Below, one piece after another: positions 44,993 through 51,291 of a stretch of DNA of 51,291 bases (positions within the stretch are counted from its first letter, which is position 1; each line of letters begins with the position of its first letter). The position numbers and the translations under genes were made by a program. Under the pieces are notes generated by a model, which saw only the letters and a program-made list of their open reading frames with translations, had not been told where the DNA came from and searched no databases. The stretch spans positions 1-51,291 of the IMG/VR virus record IMGVR_UViG_3300033388_003186. One strand, given 5' to 3'. Source of the stretch: a virus. Lineage: Duplodnaviria > Caudoviricetes.

Positions 44993-46921
44993 CTATAATA
45001 AAATTGCTAAACCAAGCTCCACCGGTATTGGGACCATATCGTCGCTACCAATTCCGGCGTCCGTTTTGTAAGAGTCTATTAAATCTTCAACGGCAGATTC
45101 GAGGCCGGTGTTTCTCGTAAGAGTACACGCATCAAGGTTGTCTGTATAAGTTTCAGCATCAAAGATCGAACCAACATGAACGCCTTGATATACGTCCGCA
45201 TCAGCCACACCCCATTGGGCGTTTGATTCCCAATCATTAAAGTTTTGATTCCCCACCGGACCAGCCTGGGAATTTATGGTGGATTGAACCTTCAGCGCTT
45301 CCCATATAAAAACCTGAACCGCTGTATGCCTTCCGTAAATACTTCCCTGCCTGAAGACTTGACTATGCCCGAGCGTTGCAGCCTTGGGGTAATTATCACG
45401 AGGTATTCCAACCGCTGAGAATGTTCTTGTAAACCCGCTAACAGTACCGTTTAACGCGAATGTCTTACTCCACGACTCTGTAACGTTTACTGTATGCTCG
45501 GCCTCAACCATCGGAGAACTATCAAGCGGACTGTAAACATTATAATTATAACGCATCCAACCGGTATAAGATCCGCTGCCAAGGTCATTAGGAACAAATA
45601 TAGTAGGCGGTGGTGGACTCGGATTCAGTACTTCCCTTGGAGTGTAATCCGCGCTCTCGGTAAAATAGTTATACGAATTCCCTATTAACTCTGTCCTGAA
45701 TACCTGTGTAGCAGGCACCAAATTATTTGATGTTAACTCAGCAGATATGCCCTGCGCCCTTCGAATCCAATCACCTTGCCAATATTCCGTATGGACATAC
45801 GGGTCATTCTTTGTTGTGCCAGCCGGACAGTTTACTGATTGCCTATATTCCCATTCCTCATAATCCTGGTTTATAAGGGTTGGAGAGTCGCAGCCCTTAT
45901 CGTCACCACCCGAGTATGGAGTCTCGTCTATTAAAACTTTCGGCCAAGATCCACCATTATATGAGTTTAGATCAAAGCTACAAGAGTTCCCATTGTCGGG
46001 GGAGTCGGGCGTATCAAGGCTTAATGGATCATCAAGCCAATCTGGAGTGCCACCGGACATAAGGGCCTGCTCTGCAAGCGAGCTTGACATTTCAAGCCAT
46101 GTGGTTATTTCAGAATAATCAGCCGGAAAGCTGACGACTCCGGTTAAATCATTCGTCGGTATATTCGAAACGACGGCATCCTCTATCATGCCCCAAACTG
46201 TCACCTTGTCAACCTTCGTGGGTCCTGGGGGCTGTGGACCTTCCATCCTTATGAGACAGTACTCTTCGCAGACCTTCCCAAACACATTGGCGTTTATCTC
46301 AGCGCCGACACCCTCGACCGATCTCATGACGAACATAAGTGTTATAAAACCGAACTCCCCATTATCTGCGGTTATGTCAAGGTATAAATCGTTAAACCCA
46401 AAAGCGCTCGTAACCGCGATAGAGGTTCCAGGCTTTGACCATGCAACCCTGACCTCATAAATAGGCTCTGTGCCATGGAATAAACAGTTGACCGTATTGC
46501 CTCGGCAGAAGCCACCCTCTTCGTAATCGGGGTCTATAAATACCTGAAATACAATGTGAGTAGGCGGCAACCCTGGCGGTACTATTGGGTCATCAACGCT
46601 CGGTATGGCTGGCCTCGGTGTCGGTATCCTTATGCTTATACCAGGGGGCGGATCTGCATCAGTTTCCATCTCTGGATACCCACCACTCCTATAAGGCTTC
46701 TTGAACTCTGATTGTCTCATGAAGACTTCGTAGGCCCTCTGCGCGGCTGTGCTTGGCGCTGTGTTACCAGGCTTAAACTCGCTGTATCCCTGGTGCTGCG
46801 CGATGATGTTATTGTATACAGACTTGGCGGACGAAGCCCTGGCGGCCTCTGGATATACCCCTTCCTTGAGATATTTCCTGGAATAGTTTGAGTCCCTTGT
46901 AGGGCCTGGGTTTATAGCCAT
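44993..46921 (-). CDS. Putative virion structural/tail-associated protein
   Basis: 642 aa, acidic and beta-rich; translationally coupled to nozzle-like gene. Confidence 0.5.
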   Translation of the reverse strand: MAINPGPTRDSNYSRKYLKEGVYPEAARASSAKSVYNNIIAQHQGYSEFKPGNTAPSTAAQRAYEVFMRQSEFKKPYRSGGYPEMETDADPPPGISIRIPTPRPAIPSVDDPIVPPGLPPTHIVFQVFIDPDYEEGGFCRGNTVNCLFHGTEPIYEVRVAWSKPGTSIAVTSAFGFNDLYLDITADNGEFGFITLMFVMRSVEGVGAEINANVFGKVCEEYCLIRMEGPQPPGPTKVDKVTVWGMIEDAVVSNIPTNDLTGVVSFPADYSEITTWLEMSSSLAEQALMSGGTPDWLDDPLSLDTPDSPDNGNSCSFDLNSYNGGSWPKVLIDETPYSGGDDKGCDSPTLINQDYEEWEYRQSVNCPAGTTKNDPYVHTEYWQGDWIRRAQGISAELTSNNLVPATQVFRTELIGNSYNYFTESADYTPREVLNPSPPPPTIFVPNDLGSGSYTGWMRYNYNVYSPLDSSPMVEAEHTVNVTESWSKTFALNGTVSGFTRTFSAVGIPRDNYPKAATLGHSQVFRQGSIYGRHTAVQVFIWEALKVQSTINSQAGPVGNQNFNDWESNAQWGVADADVYQGVHVGSIFDAETYTDNLDACTLTRNTGLESAVEDLIDSYKTDAGIGSDDMVPIPVELGLAILL

Positions 46922-49900
46922 TATCTGTTAAGTAAACTGTCTGCATCGATCCAGAAGTCATAAAGGTACATATCTTGATCGACTACGTTGTTTGCAAATA
47001 CAATCGATATCATGTCCTCTTGGTAAACTCCCGTTATTAAACGGTCTACAACGTTCTCTTCGCTCTCTTCACCAGCGGACATATCAATCGTTTTGCTATG
47101 TTCCGTGTTAAGGACACCGTTTTCATATACCGTAAATAGGCAATTACCAGCGGCCTGTTTCTTCATTCTGACGCCAAGCTCACGAAGCTCCAGGAGCTTA
47201 CCGGAGTCATTGAGTTCGATCCTTACTTGCATATCGATAGCCGTGTCGTCACCATCATGAAGGTTCGTTGAAGAGGCCAGGTAGATATGACCGTCGAACG
47301 TACCGGCAATGACGGCAACCTGTACGGCTGAAGTTTGCTCACCACTCGTCTCTGCCATGCACCTTGGTATATGAACGGAAGAGAAGGCATCAAATGACCA
47401 GCGCCTCGTGATAAGATCATAGACCGGAAAGATATTAGGCTCTGTCGCGCTGGAGCCTGAAACGATACCCATCCTTAATACCTGGTGGGTAGGATCGTGG
47501 ACCATCCAGCATTTCTCCTGGTACCCGTTTCGGATACAGTCGGCATTATCTGGATCAAAGTAATTTTGAATAGAGGACGATATTGATTGAACCGTTTGAC
47601 CGTCCGACATAAATATACCATAGTTGCTTATGAAATATGCCACGGTCGCGGCCTTATAGTCAGTCCTGGACGCTTCGAGAGCGCCGTCAATAACCACAAC
47701 CGAGTTGGCATTTAGCGTCCCTATTTTAGCACTCAGCAAAAGCTTTCCGAAGGTTGTCGGTGAATACCCCTCAAATAGCGTCAGACAGCCACCTTCCATA
47801 CCTTTCTCTTCCTGCCACACCATTAGCTCATTATGGAATTTACGCATCGCCTTGACTGAATGGCGGCGTCCGTCGCCTGCTTGGAGTACGGCGTAGTCAG
47901 CGCCATTTAAAACATTAAAGGTTCCATTCTGCGTGACATAGATCCAGGACGGATATTTATCAAAGGAATAGACGCATCGCTCTTTCCATACGGCCATGCA
48001 TTCTGTTTTATCCCCGAAATCTCTCATGCTCAAATCAGGCTCGTAAGTTAGCGAGACCCTGATATTATCACCGAGGGTTTGACTGACTGTCATTTTCCAC
48101 CAATATGAAGCCCATAGGCTACCCTGAAATGGCTGCTTCTCTGCATTGTCTGCGTGGGTTGCATTGAGCCGGATAAATCCTGAATTCGTCAGCCCGTTCG
48201 TATTGTCTTCGATGACGGCCCAAGTGGTCCAAGCTAATCCATTCCAATATTCAAACGATAGCACCGTAGAAACCGCGCCTGTATTCGGAGTCGCACCAAC
48301 ATCAAAGTAGATCTGATCTGGCCTTTCGAGCGTTGAGAAGTAAAAGGCATCTGTCGCTTCCATCAGATTTAATGTTATCGCGGTATTCGCATAGGTATAG
48401 TAGGTACCGGATGCGCCGACTGACGCATCGAAGACCTTTGATTCTATTGCGTCTACAAGCACACCATCCCAAACATTTGTTAGATCTTGGAAATTATAGG
48501 TCGCTTTTATATCGAACGTAGCGTCGAGGTCTCCAGAAGTTTTGAACTGATACCAATATCCAGACAGACCAAAAAGTCTTGTTGGCTGGTTGCTACCAAG
48601 GGTATTACCGAAGAAACGACCGTCTTGTTTGAGGGATACACCGCCATCTATCGTCGTATCCGTCACAAGATTTCCGGCCAGGTATGACCATGCAGAACCG
48701 GTCCATCTTGCAACCTGAAGGATTCCGGCACCGGAGCTTGGTGAAAGAACGTCGATTATAAACTCTTCAGTTTTAATGGGGGTGAAGACATAGAACCGGC
48801 TGTTTGTCGTCCATAGCGCCGGAAGGTCAACCCTTATGCCATCCTCGTCCCAATCGTCCCTGAAGGTCCCTGTCTCGGGCGGAGTGCCTACACCTGGGGC
48901 TATTACCACCAGGGAAGCCTTACACGGCTGGCCCTCGGACCCACCATAAAACTTGGCATAGTCACGGCCATCTGCCATAATCAAAACGTCGTCGAGAACT
49001 CCCCATGACGGCGGATCTGAAAACAAATCAGTTTCATCGTAGCAATGATCCCAATCGTCATTATTATTCTCGCCACCTTCGCGCCAAATAAATCTACCCC
49101 ACTTGGAGTCATAGGAAGGCGTCCAGTCCCTAAGGTCTGCATCACCCTTTTTCTCAGAGGGAAGGCCATCACTGTAAGGCCAGTATCCATCGTTATCTCC
49201 GGCGTTAGGGAACTCGTCAGATGTTGGTCTAACATCATCCCTTGGTTCCGGCGGCTCATTATAAGACGATAGGATATCACCATTCTCGTAATATGCTATG
49301 GTCTCCTGGTTACCGGATCTCATTTGATTGTACTGGAATAAGGAAATGCAGGCCGGAGCGGCATCAATGGTTATGCGAAGAAACGGGAAGTACCTGTCAA
49401 TCCTTTGCTCCATCTCGTGAGATTCATCATCAAGCCCACCGCCGTCAGTGAGACCAAATTGATCGTCCATAAAGTCAATATCGTATTCCATCTGAACGAG
49501 AGTTATCACACCTGAACCATTGGCCGGTAAGGCTGCGGTTAAGGCTGCGAGTCCAACGGCATTCAGCGGTATCTCTACAATGTAATCATCGATGTATGCT
49601 GAATCCGATATGGCCTTTCTGTCACACAAGGCATCTGAGCCAACGTCACGCACATAAGTATAGTCAATCGGATCTGTCGAGCAAATACCTGGATCATCGG
49701 ACGCCTGCACGATAGCTATTGCAAACTCGTCGGGCTGTGCATCTGCAAGATCAAGGTCATCTGTCATTAGAATAAATAGCGAGGCTGCGGTTACTTCTGT
49801 CGCATAGCTGAGTCGCTTAAAATTGAACGTGGTCGCTACTCTACCGACGGCCCACTCGTCATCTTCTTCATCGGCGTGTACCCCTGGCGCTCGTCTGGTA

Positions 49901-50238
49901 CCATTGGCCTCGGCAAGAACTTCATTCTGATCGAAATGACTTCTTGCTTCGTCTAAGGTAGCCCAACCGTCATTAGAATAGGCATGGATATTTTCTACCG
50001 TAACAGTAGATCCGTCGTCATGGGCCGGACGCAAATCAATGGTATCACCAAGGTATCCATAGGAGTCCATCCTCTCTAAACCTGGGCGCTTCTTGAGTCC
50101 AGGGCGATAGTCCCTTGTGTTCTGGCTAACCGTATAGGTTCCGAAAGGCAGCAAGGCCCTGGCTTTATATGTAACCACGTTCGAAGAGAATGGAACAAAT
50201 CCATCCATCTCCTTCTTTTGCTTCTGCCATTTTTCCAT
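46921..50238 (-). CDS. Tail tubular protein B / stabilisation (nozzle)-like protein
   Basis: N-terminal GLKKRPG; beta-propeller-like C-terminal half (YFISNYGIFMSDG, VYDLITRRWS); follows adaptor-like gene. Confidence 0.65.
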   Translation of the reverse strand: MEKWQKQKKEMDGFVPFSSNVVTYKARALLPFGTYTVSQNTRDYRPGLKKRPGLERMDSYGYLGDTIDLRPAHDDGSTVTVENIHAYSNDGWATLDEARSHFDQNEVLAEANGTRRAPGVHADEEDDEWAVGRVATTFNFKRLSYATEVTAASLFILMTDDLDLADAQPDEFAIAIVQASDDPGICSTDPIDYTYVRDVGSDALCDRKAISDSAYIDDYIVEIPLNAVGLAALTAALPANGSGVITLVQMEYDIDFMDDQFGLTDGGGLDDESHEMEQRIDRYFPFLRITIDAAPACISLFQYNQMRSGNQETIAYYENGDILSSYNEPPEPRDDVRPTSDEFPNAGDNDGYWPYSDGLPSEKKGDADLRDWTPSYDSKWGRFIWREGGENNNDDWDHCYDETDLFSDPPSWGVLDDVLIMADGRDYAKFYGGSEGQPCKASLVVIAPGVGTPPETGTFRDDWDEDGIRVDLPALWTTNSRFYVFTPIKTEEFIIDVLSPSSGAGILQVARWTGSAWSYLAGNLVTDTTIDGGVSLKQDGRFFGNTLGSNQPTRLFGLSGYWYQFKTSGDLDATFDIKATYNFQDLTNVWDGVLVDAIESKVFDASVGASGTYYTYANTAITLNLMEATDAFYFSTLERPDQIYFDVGATPNTGAVSTVLSFEYWNGLAWTTWAVIEDNTNGLTNSGFIRLNATHADNAEKQPFQGSLWASYWWKMTVSQTLGDNIRVSLTYEPDLSMRDFGDKTECMAVWKERCVYSFDKYPSWIYVTQNGTFNVLNGADYAVLQAGDGRRHSVKAMRKFHNELMVWQEEKGMEGGCLTLFEGYSPTTFGKLLLSAKIGTLNANSVVVIDGALEASRTDYKAATVAYFISNYGIFMSDGQTVQSISSSIQNYFDPDNADCIRNGYQEKCWMVHDPTHQVLRMGIVSGSSATEPNIFPVYDLITRRWSFDAFSSVHIPRCMAETSGEQTSAVQVAVIAGTFDGHIYLASSTNLHDGDDTAIDMQVRIELNDSGKLLELRELGVRMKKQAAGNCLFTVYENGVLNTEHSKTIDMSAGEESEENVVDRLITGVYQEDMISIVFANNVVDQDMYLYDFWIDADSLLNR

Positions 50239-50948
50239 TAGAATCTCCGAAGCGTAGTGTTGGACCTGGAGCCGGACCAGAAGCGAGGCTTTACCCTAAG
50301 CACCCTGGCGGCCCTACCATGCTGTCTGTCGGCCTTGGCATTGTTTCTGAATTTTGTATATTGGTTCCAAGAGTCCTTGGCGTGTTCTTTATCACTCCAG
50401 GGCTTATTGGTCATGTTCTGAAGGATCGAAACGGCACCATGGGTTATACCCTTCTTGTAGTCCTCGTAGATGAATGAAGGGACCTTCGTGGCGTCTACGG
50501 CTGGCTTTACCTGTACTTTGATATAAAGCCCTTCCTCGCTGTCCTCAGTGGGTATGGGGTATAGCCTGAGGGCCTTTGTCTCAGTGACCATAATACCAAA
50601 CGGGGTTGTTGACTCTTCGAATTCCCAGGCGGCTCGCCGGTTGAGTTCTTCGTTGTCAAACTCCATTAATTGTAGGTCTGTGAACTGATCGTCATCATCA
50701 TCGTCCTGTTTATACTTCGCCCATATAATAGCGTCAAGGACGTTCTTGCCATTAGCGACTACGGGAACAAAGGTATATTCAGGTTCGTCGGCAATAATGG
50801 ATATCCGAGCAGGCTTATAACGCCACAAGCCGGTATGGCTGCAAAAATCACGAAGGGCCTCTAAAACAGCCCAATCCGTGAGCGTGTTCTCAGACCCTTT
50901 TGTGTAATAAGCAACCTCGCTTCTCCAGGTTGATATATCGGTCGCCAT
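50238..50948 (-). CDS. Head-tail adaptor / tail tubular protein A-like
   Basis: ALRDFCSHTGLW, LRLYPIP, VKP...VPSFIYEDY..GITHGA...KPW. Confidence 0.7.
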   Translation of the reverse strand: MATDISTWRSEVAYYTKGSENTLTDWAVLEALRDFCSHTGLWRYKPARISIIADEPEYTFVPVVANGKNVLDAIIWAKYKQDDDDDDQFTDLQLMEFDNEELNRRAAWEFEESTTPFGIMVTETKALRLYPIPTEDSEEGLYIKVQVKPAVDATKVPSFIYEDYKKGITHGAVSILQNMTNKPWSDKEHAKDSWNQYTKFRNNAKADRQHGRAARVLRVKPRFWSGSRSNTTLRRF

Positions 50949-50980
50949 GTATTTCTCCTAAACCATGTATTTCTCCTAAA
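50945..50980. repeat. Perfect 18-bp tandem duplication of RBS plus start codon
   Basis: ccatgtatttctcctaaa x2. Confidence 0.9.
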
Positions 50981-51291
50981 CTATTCGTTTGGCGATGACG
51001 GCGGAAATTGCTTCCTCTTTGAGATCAACAAGTTTCTGTTCTTCGATATCAATTTCCAGGTCATGCGTGACCAGAAGGTAATGCTCGATCTGGTTCTTTT
51101 TGGTGAATGACATAATAAGCTGACACTCGGGATCGCTATCCCTGTCAACCCCTATTGCATTTTTCGGATCTGTTTTCGGGACGATTGCATCAGGCACTTT
51201 GATGAAGTCCTCTTTCTTTTCCTCGGCAGGCTCTTCAACTGAACCCTGAAGATCCTCAATGACCTGTGCGCCGGTCTCTTCGACTGTCGGC
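50976..51291 (-). CDS. Acidic hypothetical protein (5' partial)
   Basis: Frame stays open to the window end (PTVEETGAQVIEDLQ...). Confidence 0.6.
   Translation of the reverse strand, partial: PTVEETGAQVIEDLQGSVEEPAEEKKEDFIKVPDAIVPKTDPKNAIGVDRDSDPECQLIMSFTKKNQIEHYLLVTHDLEIDIEEQKLVDLKEEAISAVIAKRIV

Larger units (their letters stand above)
1..51291. mobile_element. Tailed dsDNA bacteriophage genome segment (podovirus-like, inferred)
   Basis: TerS, DnaB/initiator, RecT/exonuclease, holin-endolysin, tail fibre, adaptor/nozzle-like and ejection-type genes; dense small ORFs with GGGGGA Shine-Dalgarno sites; no host housekeeping context. Confidence 0.95.

Noticed and set aside
1-51291. CRISPR array or stop-codon reassignment
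   Set aside because: No regularly spaced repeat-spacer units seen; long genes are intact in the standard code and TAA, TAG and TGA all end genes

Overview
The window is about 51 kb of a tailed dsDNA phage (Caudoviricetes) in standard genetic code. A podovirus-like morphology is inferred from adaptor/nozzle-like genes followed by three putative ejection proteins. No integrase, repressor, TerL, portal or major capsid gene was recognised. Layout from left to right: (1) a short + strand block with a partial PAPS-reductase-family gene; (2) a long - strand block of small accessory genes, TerS, HNH-like, lipoprotein ClpP, sigma-4 HTH, Nmad1, RuvC-like, SSB, phosphoesterase, DnaB, initiator with iterons, NinB-like and small early genes including a SAM-lyase-like protein and two structured ncRNA candidates; (3) a divergent + strand recombination operon (exonuclease, Gp157-like, RecT-like, HAD nucleotidase); (4) a - strand lysis and virion module. 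The standout is a 4596-aa polyvalent, probably injected protein. It carries an HExxH peptidase, a cobalamin-type radical SAM enzyme, a SAM-lyase-like domain, three ART-like domains, an HhH glycosylase-like domain and LPD38, and nine [A/L/Q]-S-[I/L] linker motifs fall at its module boundaries. Also notable are a four-copy phage-specific promoter class (GGTTAACAAAACCTGAG...TATAAT) and a 126-nt tRNA mimic without an anticodon arm. All family assignments come from motif recognition by eye; no database searches were run.
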